The notes: generated by a model from the sequence alone, not told the origin. 64,000 nt of DNA from Candidatus Latescibacterota bacterium (GCA_963422735.1 OY730476.1:2528001-2592000); one strand, 5' to 3'; numbered from the stretch's first letter, positions 10,497 to 20,979 are shown. Translations and numbers: made by a program.

Positions 10497-10859
10497 ACCT
10501 CGGCGTCGCTGAGCGTGGCAAGGGCCGCACTGTGGATAAATTCCCGATGGCTAATGGTCATTCGCTGTTGTCCTCGTCGCGATCATCGTCCTTGTAGGCT
10601 GATGGCAGCGATGCTGTGCGCTCGAGGCGCACCCGATAAAAGCGGTGCTAATAAACGCAATGGGCGAGGTGCCAACAACCGACCTCCGTCCGCAGGTCAG
10701 GATCTATACTAACTAAGCGCGATGTATAGGATAGAAGGCGTTTGCGCCGATGCGGCTCCACGCGTTGTTTTGCGAGAATTTGCGGAGCTACTTGGCGGGA
10801 GAGGCGTTGCTGTGCGCGATCGACAAGCGCAAGGGGTATTGAGCTAAGATAACACCGTT

Positions 10860-11521
10860 TCCAATCTATGTTCTCGTTTTATCCAGTCGGGGATAAACTG
10901 CTAAGTAAGCTATAAAACCCCGGCACGTGATTGGGATGGAGCAGATGGCATAGCTCGTGGATAACGACGTATTCAATACATTCTCTGGGTGCTTTTATAA
11001 GCTCCCGATTCAATGTTATACCGCCTTTACTGCTGAAACTGCCCCAGAGCGTTTTCATCTTGCGGATTTTAAGCAAAGGCTTGTCCATCCCTTTTTTTAA
11101 AGAGATGCCAGCATTCTTCAAATATTTGAGCAAAATAAACATCTGCCTTGCTCCGGTACCATGCTTCAAGCAGCATCGCTATATGCTCCGGCTTATCGTC
11201 AACCGCTTGTATGTGGAAGAAGCCGCGCTTTAACAAAACTGCGTCTGTTTCAGACGGCCTTGTCTTCAGCCGATACTGTTTGCCGAGATAAAGATGGCTT
11301 TCGCCACCGACCAATCTCCGCTTGGGGGTGCGCGGTGCAAACTGTGCGAAATAGCGAATCTGGCGTCTTATCCAGCGTATGCGCTTGTAAACGAAACCCT
11401 CAACAAGAGTTTCATCTGTTCCTAGTGGGGCTTTTACAACTACCGAACAGTCGGGATGAACTACGATCTCAACAGTCTTTCTTTTTGAGTAACTCAAGTG
11501 AAAGGGGATGATTTCGTCCAT
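10860..11521 (-). pseudogene. M48/YgjP (DUF45) metallopeptidase of a type I RM locus, frameshifted
   Basis: N-part (SKRKTVEIVV..GESHLYLGKQY) and C-part (WGS..IEYVVIHELCH, HExxH) are in different frames, switching at the T-run near 11091-11098. Confidence 0.8.
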
Positions 11522-12722
11522 CTGTTCAGACGATAAATCAATGTTTTTACCACATCGCAAAAGAAATCATCCAGCTCGTTTTTTGCGGCATTCTGCGCGT
11601 CGCTATCGTTCCAAAAGCTCACCTTCCAATTTTTTTAGTGCGTTTTTGATGGCAAGTGCTGTTTCTGCGGCAATGTCGTCAACCCGGCTTTCACCCATGT
11701 CAATTTCTGTCAAACAGAGCTTGACTGCCCCAAAATACGCGCTGGCTTCTTCGCTATCGCGGATAGAGTAGGGGACATCGTCGCGTTGTGTGTTTGCGAC
11801 CTTATCGCGGAGAGCACTCACCTTTTGCGAATAGTCAAGGTATGATATCCGCTGATTCCTGAAACCGTCCATTGCGTCTTGAATGAGCGTTGAGAACTTC
11901 TCGTAAAAAGCCGGGTCTTTGTCCATGCTTTCAGTAATTGTGCGCTTGGCCTCATGGGCGATGATATCGGCCCTTGCCGCCGTAGTCTTGGTTCGATAGA
12001 TGCCTCGCTCCTCTTCGACCATTTTGACCATAGAGAAGGTCTTATCATCAAACATATTCACGGGGTCGTTTAACCGAGTAACCTCATTGGCCTGAATATG
12101 CGTGTCCAACAATTTTTTAATCCGAGGTTCATAGTCGCGGTAATCAATGGCTTCGGCGTAGCGCGGCTTGACCGCCCGTCTCAGTTTCTGAAAGCACTTG
12201 AGATCGCTTTTGTAGCGTTTCAGTTGCTCCTCGTCGGCCTGCATAATGAACTGCTCAGCTAAGAGGGCCATGGCAAGGGTCTTGCCGTATTGCGTGAGGC
12301 GTTAGTAAAACTCACTCCGCACTGCGTCGTCAGTCAGCAGCACTTCGCAGCGTTCTTCATCGCGATCGCGGGAGTTTTTGATTGCCTTGAAGATGCCCCA
12401 AAGGTCTGAGTAGCGCTGTGGCAGCTTTGGCACTTCTTCATGTATGGAGGTCAGAAAATCCGCAAGGTCGTCTCCGTCAAAATCCGAAAGCGCGTTATAT
12501 ATGTGCAGTGCCTTGTCTAGTTCACCCAGCACATTGGCATAGTCGAACTCCTTGCCTTCATACAGGCAATCGCCTGGAGGAGCGTGTGTTCGCACAACTT
12601 GCGTTACAGGTAGAGCACGGTATTGCACGGCGCGTCAAACCCGGTGATGAGTTTGTCCACGACAATTAGAATTTCCGGCTTGTCCGAGTGCTTAAATTGA
12701 TCGATGATTTGCTTGTTATATC
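11522..12722 (-). pseudogene. hsdR: Type I restriction subunit R, fragmented C-terminal part
   Basis: Fragments PEILIVVDKLITGFDAPCNTVLY, HTLLQAIA, DYRDYEPRIKKLLD and DPAFYEKFS, separated by stops and frameshifts. Confidence 0.8.
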
Positions 12723-12835
12723 GAACGACATATCAAAAATCCTAGCCCGGCCGCGTCGGCGACCAGCACCGGTTGTCTTCTTAGGGCCGATTGAGCGTAT
12801 TAACAGGCTCCAACTCGAACGAGGAGATACCAATT

Positions 12836-13294
12836 ATGAAAAGCTGTATCCGCGCCGCACTCGCATTCGCGCTCGCCGTCTCACCAGCCTTTGCCCAAGA
12901 GGCCGTGCCGCTCAAGACCCTGCCCTTCAGCCCGGCCCGCCAAGCCGGCGACTTTCTCTTCATCAGCGGTCAGATCGCCCGCACGGCCGACGGTGCTGAC
13001 GTCAAGGAGTCGGTCGCGGCCGAGACTCATCAGATCATGGAAAACATCGGGCAGATACTTGAAGAGCACGGATATGCGTACGACGACCTCGTCAATGTCA
13101 CCGTCTGGCTCTCGGACATTGAAGATTACCACGAGATGAACAAGGCATACGCCTCGCACTTTAAGGAGCAATTTCCGGCGCGGGCCTGCACCGGTGGGGC
13201 GCAGATCGTCTTCGATTTTCGCGTCGAGATTGCCGCCATTGCTTATAAAGACACGGATGACGATGAACACCATGACCGTGCCGACGAAGATTAG
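12836..13294 (+). CDS. RidA/YjgF/UK114 family protein with N-terminal signal peptide
   Basis: PFSPA, FLFISGQI, FPARAC, VEIAAIA; GAGGAG RBS; leader MKSCIRAALAFALAVSPAFA. Confidence 0.85.
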   Translation: MKSCIRAALAFALAVSPAFAQEAVPLKTLPFSPARQAGDFLFISGQIARTADGADVKESVAAETHQIMENIGQILEEHGYAYDDLVNVTVWLSDIEDYHEMNKAYASHFKEQFPARACTGGAQIVFDFRVEIAAIAYKDTDDDEHHDRADED

Positions 13295-13297
13295 ACC

Positions 13298-14296
13298 ATG
13301 CCGCTGAGCCGCCGTCGCTTCATGCGCGAGACCGCGCTAGCCGCCAGCGGCCTAGCCCTCGCCGGGACGGCGCGCGCGGAAAAGGACATCCCCATGAGCA
13401 CTGCTCGCCCCCTCTTTATTTCTACTTGGCCCTTTGGCAAAGCCGCCAACGAACAATCGCTGCGGATCGCCGAACAGGGCGGCTCCATCCTCGACGCCGT
13501 CGAGCGCGGCATCCACGTCGCCGAGGCCGACGCCGCCAACGCATCCGTAGGATTAGGGGGGATCCCCAACGCCCAAGGCGTGGTGCAGCTCGACGCCTGC
13601 ATCATGGACGGCGAGGGGCAATGTGCTGGTAGCGTCGCCGCCATTGAGGGGATCCTGCACCCGATCTCGGTGGCGCGCCGGGTGATGGACGAGACCAAGC
13701 ACGTCATGCTCGTCGGCGAAGGCGCGCGGCAGTTCGCGCTAGAGCAGGGTTTTGCAAGCGTCGAGTTGCTGACGGAAGAAAGGCGCAAGGCGTGGGAGGA
13801 ATGGCGGGAAAAGCAGGGCGCGGCCGACAATCACGATACCATCGCCCTACTCGGCCTCGATGCCGAGGGACGACTCGCCGGTGGGTGCTCGACTAGCGGC
13901 TGGGGGTACAAGCTGCCGGGCCGCGTCGGCGACTCGCCGATCATTGGTAGCGGCCTGTACGTCGATGGGGGCGTGGGCGCGGCCGGAGCTACTGGTCTGG
14001 GCGAGAATGTCATGCGCTACTGCGCCACCTTCCTCGTCGTCGAATACATGCGTCAGGGGCTTCACCCGGAGGAAGCCTGCGTCGAGACCATCGGCCGCAT
14101 CGTCGCGCTCGACCCGCGTCCAGCCGAGGAATTGCACCTTAACTTCGTCGCGCTCGACAAGCAGGGCCGCTTTGGCGCGGCTGGCACCAACGAGGGCTTC
14201 CAATATGCCGTGACCTATCCCGGCTACAGCGAAGTGCTCACGGGCATTGGGGTGGGCGCGGGCGAGATCGGACCCGAGGGAGGCAATCGACGCTGA
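13298..14296 (+). CDS. N(4)-(beta-N-acetylglucosaminyl)-L-asparaginase (Ntn hydrolase), Tat-exported
   Basis: SRRRFMR twin-arginine leader; LDACIMDG; autoprocessing site HD/TI; GRVGDSPIIGSG. Confidence 0.88.
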   Translation: MPLSRRRFMRETALAASGLALAGTARAEKDIPMSTARPLFISTWPFGKAANEQSLRIAEQGGSILDAVERGIHVAEADAANASVGLGGIPNAQGVVQLDACIMDGEGQCAGSVAAIEGILHPISVARRVMDETKHVMLVGEGARQFALEQGFASVELLTEERRKAWEEWREKQGAADNHDTIALLGLDAEGRLAGGCSTSGWGYKLPGRVGDSPIIGSGLYVDGGVGAAGATGLGENVMRYCATFLVVEYMRQGLHPEEACVETIGRIVALDPRPAEELHLNFVALDKQGRFGAAGTNEGFQYAVTYPGYSEVLTGIGVGAGEIGPEGGNRR

Positions 14297-14377
14297 GGCT
14301 TAGCAGCCGTCTGCTTCACCGCGCCCCCCGTCTGCCTTTAGGCGCGACAAATTCCCGCTGGCCGCCGCGTTGGCTCG

Positions 14378-15185
14378 CTAGGAAGGAATTCCAGACGGCT
14401 GCTCATTTTCGCGCACTAGCAAATAGACGACCAAGGCTATCATATTGCCCAAGAGACCGAATAAGCCCCAAGCCGCGGCTCTTTCCCGGTTCTTTTGAGT
14501 GTCTAGGACCATCCACGCAGGGATGGAAAGCCAGAAGAGGATCAAGCTGCCGATCATAACCACGGCGACGGTTATATTTCGCACCAGTCTGATCCTTTCG
14601 AGTCTATCTATAGGATGCTCCCCAGACTTGTATAGCGTTTGCGAAGCCTCCATCGAGACCGCCACGGCGATTAAGCCATCTTTGACGCGGGTCATTTCTA
14701 CGGGCCTACGGGATGTGTATCCTCCTCTATAACCACCAATTACCGCCGGCAATAGGATGGCGGTCCGCTGTATGGGCTGAAGCAGCCCTTCGGGCACGGT
14801 CTCCAATAGTTTAGTCAGAGTACCGAGAGGAAAATCTGCGACATTGCATATTGGGGGAGTATATCGGCCGTAATATACAATGAAGCCTTGAGCATTGGTC
14901 ACCCATACCTCGCCGATGGTTTCCTCTTGGGCCACCACTTCGATTAGGGTGTTGGGTTTTCTGGTTGCCGTCGAGTGTGTCTATGAGGCCCACGATCCGC
15001 TCTAAGGCAGCTTTGGCTTCGCTCGCCCTTGTCCGCTCGTCTTCCCGCAAGTGGTGGTGCCATTCGTCGCGGTCTTCTACTGCCTCAGTTCTCCTTGGGA
15101 CCACATAGAACTCGAGAAATGCGAAGGAGGAAAGGAGAACCAGTACGCTCAGGATGGTCAGCTTAGGCAGCCATCTATGCAGGGC
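14378..15185 (-). pseudogene. Membrane protein (possible anti-sigma partner), frameshifted and 5'-deleted
   Basis: TM segment near 15110-15170 continues into ORF 14811-15104, then shifts into ORF 14378-14938 with C-terminal TM helices (WGLFGLLGNMIALVVYLL). Confidence 0.45.
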
Positions 15186-15189
15186 GTCT

Positions 15190-15495
15190 TTAATAGTTGT
15201 GGGGGTCGCGAGCCGATGGCAGCTCGGCCACTTTCTCGGCTGGAATGCTCATGCTTTGGCGGCGCAGCTCGTCCATACGCAGGTTGTGGGCCACGGTATA
15301 AAGCCAAGTCGAAAATTTGCCCCGAGGTTTGAAGCGGTCGGCGTTTTCCAATACGCGCATGTAGGTCTCCTGAAACACATCTTCTGCCAAGGCCGCGTCC
15401 TGCAAGAGCCGAAAGATAAAATTGAAAAGGGGCTGGCGATGGCGCGTGTAGAGTTCGTCAAACGCCTGCGCATCTCCTTGGCGGAGATTTTCCAT
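15190..15495 (-). pseudogene. ECF sigma-70 factor fragment (region 2 only)
   Basis: GDAQAFDELYTRH, AEDVFQETY, FSTWLYTVAHN; region 4 absent. Confidence 0.75.
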
Positions 15496-15597
15496 CAGTT
15501 CACATCTGTCTATTTATGCGGATGGGGCCGCAGTTTCGTTCACGGTGGTGATGAACGGCCTAGTCCCGTCCCCAGGGCATTGCCCCTACAGGGGAAA

Positions 15598-15637
15598 CGC
15601 GGAACCACGCATGGTGCGGCGAACTGCGTAACGTCAG
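15598..15637 (+). repeat. Right end of a decayed copy of the MITE at 23645-23867
   Basis: AACCACGCATGGTGCGGCGAACTGCGTAACGTCAG is nearly identical to 23833-23867. Confidence 0.75.
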
Positions 15638-15662
15638 TGAATAACTTAGGATTGCTATAGGA

Positions 15663-16958
15663 TCACGGGTGTCTCAGGGCTGTCTGCAACGCCTCGACGG
15701 CGCGGTCGATGTCGGTCTCGTCGTTAAAGATGTGCGTGGAGATGCGTATGGCGTTGTAGTTTTCCTTCGGTACGCCAGTATCCTCCACATAGGCGTACGT
15801 GCCCTGCGCTGGTTTGAGGAAGATATTGCGCTTTTGCAATGCGGCGACGACTTCGCTGTGGCTGCCGCTGGTGAGTAAGAAGCTGACGATGCCCGAGGAG
15901 AGCTCGCGTTGGGACGGAGTGATCGGCGCGAGTTGGGGGATTTCCGCTAGGTGCTGGCGCGCGTAGCCGCAGAGTTGGCGGCAGCGCACTTCGACGCGCG
16001 GGCGGCCGATGGCGTTGTGAAATTCCATCGCCACTCCGTGCGCGACGATCTGCGGCACATTGCGGGTGCCGGACGAGGCGGAATAGGCCCTATAGCCGGA
16101 ATACGTGAACACGGGTCGGACGCGATCTTGCACTTCCCTGCGGATGTAGAGCAGTCCTGTGCCCTTGGGAGCGAGCATCCACTTGTGGCTGCTGGAGGCA
16201 TAGGTGTCCACGCCGAGTGCTTTGACGTCGACGGCGATCATGCCTGGGGCCTGCGCTCCGTCGCAGACTAGCAGGATGTCGCGGGGTCGGGTGAGGGCAG
16301 CGATGGCCGCCAGCGGCATTTGCAGCCCGGTGATGGTGTCGATGTGGCTGAAGCTGCACACGCGGGTGCGCGGCGTCAGGTGATCTTCCGCTAGTTGCAG
16401 AATCTCTGCGGCATCGCGCACAGGATTGGGCATTTTGATGCAGCGAACCACCACACCGCGAGTGCGCGCCAAGTGCTGCCAGCAAACCATGCCGCCGCCG
16501 TGTTCGTGATTCGTCGTCAGCACCTCGTCGCCCGGCTGGAGGTCGAGGCCGCTGGCTACGTGGTTCATGCCTTCGGTCGTATTGCGCGTCAGCGCGACCT
16601 CGTCTAGCTCGGCCCCAATGAACTCGGCCCCCTTGGCCCGCACCTTTTCCATCTCGTTGCCGAGGCCGCCCCAAGTGTTGGCCAGCGGATTGCCTTCCAG
16701 CTCGGCAAGGTACGCGGTCAGGGCGTCGGTCACCACGCGGGGCGTCGCACCAATACTGCCGCAGTTGAGATGCACTAGCCCCGGGTGCAGGCGAAACTCT
16801 CGGCGCACCCGCTGCCACAGCGCTCGCTCGCTGCTAGCGGCCGCCACGTCTCGACCGAGGGTGCCGAGCCGCTCGGCAAGCCCTGCGGCCACGTCGGGAA
16901 GGAATGGGGCTGCGGCCGCGGCTACGGCGATCTCCTTGAAAAATGCTCTTCGTTCCAT
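15663..16958 (-). CDS. Class V PLP-dependent aminotransferase with twin-arginine leader
   Basis: MERRAFFK leader; HLNCGSIG, CDGAQAPG, SSSHKWMLAPKG. Confidence 0.85.
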   Translation of the reverse strand: MERRAFFKEIAVAAAAAPFLPDVAAGLAERLGTLGRDVAAASSERALWQRVRREFRLHPGLVHLNCGSIGATPRVVTDALTAYLAELEGNPLANTWGGLGNEMEKVRAKGAEFIGAELDEVALTRNTTEGMNHVASGLDLQPGDEVLTTNHEHGGGMVCWQHLARTRGVVVRCIKMPNPVRDAAEILQLAEDHLTPRTRVCSFSHIDTITGLQMPLAAIAALTRPRDILLVCDGAQAPGMIAVDVKALGVDTYASSSHKWMLAPKGTGLLYIRREVQDRVRPVFTYSGYRAYSASSGTRNVPQIVAHGVAMEFHNAIGRPRVEVRCRQLCGYARQHLAEIPQLAPITPSQRELSSGIVSFLLTSGSHSEVVAALQKRNIFLKPAQGTYAYVEDTGVPKENYNAIRISTHIFNDETDIDRAVEALQTALRHP

Positions 16959-17011
16959 GGATTTGTCCTATGAGTTTGTCGGTAGTACTAGCTCAGTCTA
17001 TACTTTCTATT

Positions 17012-18199
17012 ATGTCTTGGTACAGATCCTCTCTGCTCCTGCTGGCGGTTGTCGGCTGCGGACGAGCACCCGACCCGGCGCACGAAGTACACGGCGACCG
17101 CTCAATGCACACCGGCCACTACGGAGAAGCCGCTGTCCACTACCAGTGCGCCGTTGAGCAGAATGCAAAATCGCCGGTGCTCTACCGCAAGTTGGCCGAG
17201 GCTCACGCGAAAAACGAAACCCTGTCCGCCGCCGTCCACGCGTACGAGCAGGCCATTTCCCTAGAGCCACGCCACGCCAAGACGCGGACCGAGTTGGCAA
17301 TCCTGTTTACGCGCCTCGACCGCTACGACGAGGCCTTGGCTCTGCTCGAACAGACGGTGCGGGAGCAGCCCGATCACGCCCGTGCGCAGATGGTGCTGGG
17401 CTTGCTGCACGCCCGCGAGGGACGCTACCCAGCCGCGATTGCCGCCTATCAGCGCGCCATTGCCGCCGTGCCCAGCTACGGGGAGGCGTGGTTCAACCTC
17501 GGCGAAGCCTATCTCAAGCAAAACGACTACGCGGCCGCTGAGCAAGCCTTTAGCCGCGCCGTAGCCGCGGACACGACCTCAGCCCAATTTCGCAATAGCT
17601 TGGGGCGCAGCTACTATCTTCGGCGCGACTATGAGGCAGCCGCGGCCGAGTTTCGCCGCGCCGTGCAGCTAGACTCGCTGTTTGCCCAAGCCCGCTTCAA
17701 CCTCGGCAACGCCTTGCTGCGCTCCGGGCAGAAGGAAGTGGGGCGACGCCAGCTTACGCTCTACAAGCGGCTCGACGAAGAGGAGGGCCGAATCGCCATG
17801 CTGAAAAACACCTTGGCGACGCACCCAGACGACGCTGGTACCTACCACGACTTGGCCGTTGTGTACGGGCAGCGCGGCCAATACCAAGAAGCGCGCATCC
17901 GCTATCTCCAAGCACTCGACCGCGACCCTGCTTTTGCGCCTGCCCACCACAATCTCGGCAACATCCACTTCCGCCGGGGGGAAATGGCCGCGGCCGAGCA
18001 GAAGTTTCGCCAAGCATTGCAGGCCGATTCCACGTACGCCCTCGCGCACTTGGGATTGGGCAATGTCCAGATGTTGCGCAAGCAGTACGAGCGCGCCATT
18101 GCCTCCTTCCACCGCGGCTTGCGCCACCAGCCCGACCACCCCAAGCTCCGTCGCAACCTCGCGGCCGCCGAGCAACTCGCCGCGCAGCTTGGCCCATGA
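17012..18199 (+). CDS. Tetratricopeptide repeat lipoprotein
   Basis: Lipobox-like LLLLAVVG-C; repeated AWFNLG/AHHNLG..A...Y..A TPR units. Confidence 0.85.
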   Translation: MSWYRSSLLLLAVVGCGRAPDPAHEVHGDRSMHTGHYGEAAVHYQCAVEQNAKSPVLYRKLAEAHAKNETLSAAVHAYEQAISLEPRHAKTRTELAILFTRLDRYDEALALLEQTVREQPDHARAQMVLGLLHAREGRYPAAIAAYQRAIAAVPSYGEAWFNLGEAYLKQNDYAAAEQAFSRAVAADTTSAQFRNSLGRSYYLRRDYEAAAAEFRRAVQLDSLFAQARFNLGNALLRSGQKEVGRRQLTLYKRLDEEEGRIAMLKNTLATHPDDAGTYHDLAVVYGQRGQYQEARIRYLQALDRDPAFAPAHHNLGNIHFRRGEMAAAEQKFRQALQADSTYALAHLGLGNVQMLRKQYERAIASFHRGLRHQPDHPKLRRNLAAAEQLAAQLGP

Positions 18200-18453
18200 T
18201 GCCGCGCACCTCGTCGCTGTGGGCTATCGTTGTATTCGTCGCGCTCGCGGCGGCCGAGCCAGCCCCGCAATTTGTGGAGATCACCGAGGAAGCGGGCCTA
18301 GATTTTCGCTATGTCAACGGGACCAGTGGCCACAAGTACATGGTGGAAGCGGTCGGCTCGGGTGCGGCCTTTTTCGACAGCGACGTGGATATATTCGTCT
18401 CGGACTCGGCCCCCGCTGCGCAATACGGGGCGGCAATGCCAACCACTGTCTGA
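18196..18453 (+). pseudogene. Truncated CRTAC1-like (FG-GAP/ASPIC-UnbV) protein
   Basis: Signal peptide, then QFVEITEEAGLDF..GSGAAFFDSD as in the protein at 63 kb; homology ends after about 65 aa. Confidence 0.7.
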
Positions 18454-18856
18454 CGATTGAGGCCGTTGGAACCGCGAGCAACCGGGATGGCTTGGGTACG
18501 CGTCCGCGCCGTGGCCGGCGACTTGGTGCAGACGCGGGAGGCTCATGGGGTCCAGCGACGTGCGCCTGACGCACGGCTTGGGCGACCACAGGGTCGATAC
18601 GCTGCAAGCCCATTAACCCAGCGGAGCGGTGCAGACGCTGGTGGGCGTGGAGGCCGATCAGCGCATTGTGATTCGGGAGGATCGTTGAGGAGGTTGGAGC
18701 GTTTTGACGATAGAGCGCTATTGGGCGATAATGTGTACCGCGATTGATTCGTTTAATGATCGCTTATAAGAGGCGAAAACAATGAGTGCAACGCGATTTT
18801 GTCCTTGCAGATATTGGTGTCGATGTCACACTATCTGAGAAGTGGGATAGTCCCAA

Positions 18857-19057
18857 ACGACAGGTGCGGAATTCATCCGTCGTGTGCGAGCGTTTGGGCG
18901 TGGAGATTTTTTTTACTCGCGACAGGGCAAAGGTAGCCATGGTCGCCTCTATTACGGCAAGCGGTTCACGACGGTGAAAGATCGAAAGAAAGAGATCAGT
19001 CGGAGCTTAGTCGCTACCATGCTCCGACAACTCGGATTGTCCGCAGAGGACATCTAG
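18857..19057 (+). pseudogene. hicA: HicA toxin with ACG in place of the start codon
   Basis: Open frame (T)TGAEFIRRVRAFG..RQGKGSHGRLYYG..MLRQLGLSAEDI*; GKGSH motif; directly upstream of hicB. Confidence 0.75.
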
Positions 19058-19089
19058 GTACTGAAAACCGTGGACGATGAAGGTGTCTT

Positions 19090-19521
19090 ATGGCGCAATT
19101 GAGACGATTGGCCTATCCGGTGAACCTACAGATGATGCCCGATACCGTGCTTGTGTCGTTTCCCGACATTCCAGAAGCCTTGACCGAGGGCGATACGCAA
19201 CGCGAGGTGCTGTCGGAAGCAGCGGACTGCCTTATCGCGGCACTTGGAGGGTACGTGAACGACGGGCGGCGCATTCCGAAACCGTCGGCAGGTAACGGAC
19301 CCGTTGTTGAGTTGCCGGCACTCATCGCTGCCAAGCTCGCGCTCTACGAGGCAATGCGCGAGCAGGACATCGACATTGGCGAATTAGCGGAGCGGCTTGG
19401 CGCAGTTGCAACAACGGTACGACGACTCCTCGATCTGGACCATAGCTCACACATCGATCAGGTCGAGACCGCGCTAGAAGCGTTGGGCAAACGACTAGTG
19501 TTGGAAGTATATGCCGCTTAA
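19090..19521 (+). CDS. hicB: HicB family antitoxin with C-terminal HTH
   Basis: VSFPDIPEALTEGDT, IPKPS, AKLALYEAM, RLLDLDHSSHIDQVE. Confidence 0.88.
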   Translation: MAQLRRLAYPVNLQMMPDTVLVSFPDIPEALTEGDTQREVLSEAADCLIAALGGYVNDGRRIPKPSAGNGPVVELPALIAAKLALYEAMREQDIDIGELAERLGAVATTVRRLLDLDHSSHIDQVETALEALGKRLVLEVYAA

Positions 19522-20911
19522 CGTGAGAGCGTACCCAAGTCGACTACCCGATTATTGGTGTCATGTAGTTAGCCCTTTCGCGCTCCTTTTATTGTGCAGC
19601 GCGGCTCTATGCGCGGAAGATACGGTCCTGCGCGTAGGAGACAAGGCCATTTCGGTGCGGCGGTTCGAGGCGATGGCGCAAAAGCTGCGGGAGACCGGCT
19701 ACAGCCACGTCGAGGAGCTGAACAGCCAAGGCAAGCAGGAACTGCTTGACGGCGTCATCGCACGGGAATTGCTCATTGCCGAGGGGCTCCGGCGCAGGTA
19801 CGACCGCGATTCGACCATCGCCCGGGCCGTGGCCAAGAGCGAGCGCAAGGCGCTGATGAACAAACTCTACGAGCTGGAGGCTGTGCAGGCGTCGTATTCG
19901 TTTTCGGACGCCGAGCTGCGGGCGTTCTTTGCCCAACAGCAGTACGACGTGGAAGTCCTCAGCCAGCACATCGTCTGCGCCACCGAAGAAGAGGCCCACT
20001 ACGTCCTCGGGTTGCTTGAAGAAGGGACGCCTTTTGAGTCGCTGGTGCGGCCCTATTCTCTCCAGCACATCCAGCAGCGCTTTGGCCCCGGCGGTTGGGT
20101 CGGCTGGTTTAAGGTCGGCGAGGTGTACGAGGAGCTAAAGGGGGCCCTTGGCACCATGCCTATCGGCAGCGTGTATCCCGACCCCGTGCAGACCGCGAGT
20201 GGCTACCACATCTTCCGGCTTGAGAGCCGACGCCCCGTCGATTTTGCCGCGGTCCGCGAGTGGGTGGAGAAAAAGGCCCGCGTACAAAACCGGGCCGACG
20301 ATATGGAACGCTACGTCGGCACTCTGCGCCAGCGGTATCAACTCGCGCTGGATGCGGAGGTTTTTGCCGAGTTGCTTGCCACTCCGCGGCAATCAACGCA
20401 GTGGGATGGAGGGGACGCGCCGCTGCTCACGTGGCGCGGCGGCCAGCTCATGGCGCGGGAATACCTCGCCTTAGTCGAGCAGGGCCGTGCGCCGCATCCG
20501 GTCGAACTCGATAGTGTGCGCCTGTACAAGGCCGTGGATAACCTCGCCGGCAAGCAGATCATGGAGACGGAAGCCCGCAAACTGGGGATTGACGACGATG
20601 CGGATATCCGCGCCAGCGTCGAAAGGGAACGAGATGCCCTGCTAGTCAAGCGGCTCTACCAAGCCGAAGCCGAACGGGTCGGGGAAATCGGCGACGCGGC
20701 CGTGAGGGCCTTCTACAACCAGCACCTCGACCAGTTTACCCTCGCCGATGGCCGAGTAGCGGATTTTGCTTTTCTGCGCGAGAGCATTCGCACGGCCCTG
20801 CGAAAACGGGCCGCAACCCAAGCCATGGATGCGCTATTAGCCGAGTTGCGCGAGGCGCATGCAAGTCAGATCCACGTGTTTTCAGATGCGTTGGAGAAAG
20901 CATTTCAATAG
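19511..20911 (+). CDS. PpiC/SurA-type peptidyl-prolyl isomerase chaperone
   Basis: SQHIVCATEEEA, GTPFESLVRPYS, GGWVGW, PVQTASGYHIFRL; start uncertain. Confidence 0.75.
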   Translation: MPLNVRAYPSRLPDYWCHVVSPFALLLLCSAALCAEDTVLRVGDKAISVRRFEAMAQKLRETGYSHVEELNSQGKQELLDGVIARELLIAEGLRRRYDRDSTIARAVAKSERKALMNKLYELEAVQASYSFSDAELRAFFAQQQYDVEVLSQHIVCATEEEAHYVLGLLEEGTPFESLVRPYSLQHIQQRFGPGGWVGWFKVGEVYEELKGALGTMPIGSVYPDPVQTASGYHIFRLESRRPVDFAAVREWVEKKARVQNRADDMERYVGTLRQRYQLALDAEVFAELLATPRQSTQWDGGDAPLLTWRGGQLMAREYLALVEQGRAPHPVELDSVRLYKAVDNLAGKQIMETEARKLGIDDDADIRASVERERDALLVKRLYQAEAERVGEIGDAAVRAFYNQHLDQFTLADGRVADFAFLRESIRTALRKRAATQAMDALLAELREAHASQIHVFSDALEKAFQ

Positions 20912-20979
20912 AAGAGTGTGGGCGTACCCTTTTGAGCATCCATCGTAGGGGCAACTCTCGTTTGCGGCGTGGCTGGCGT

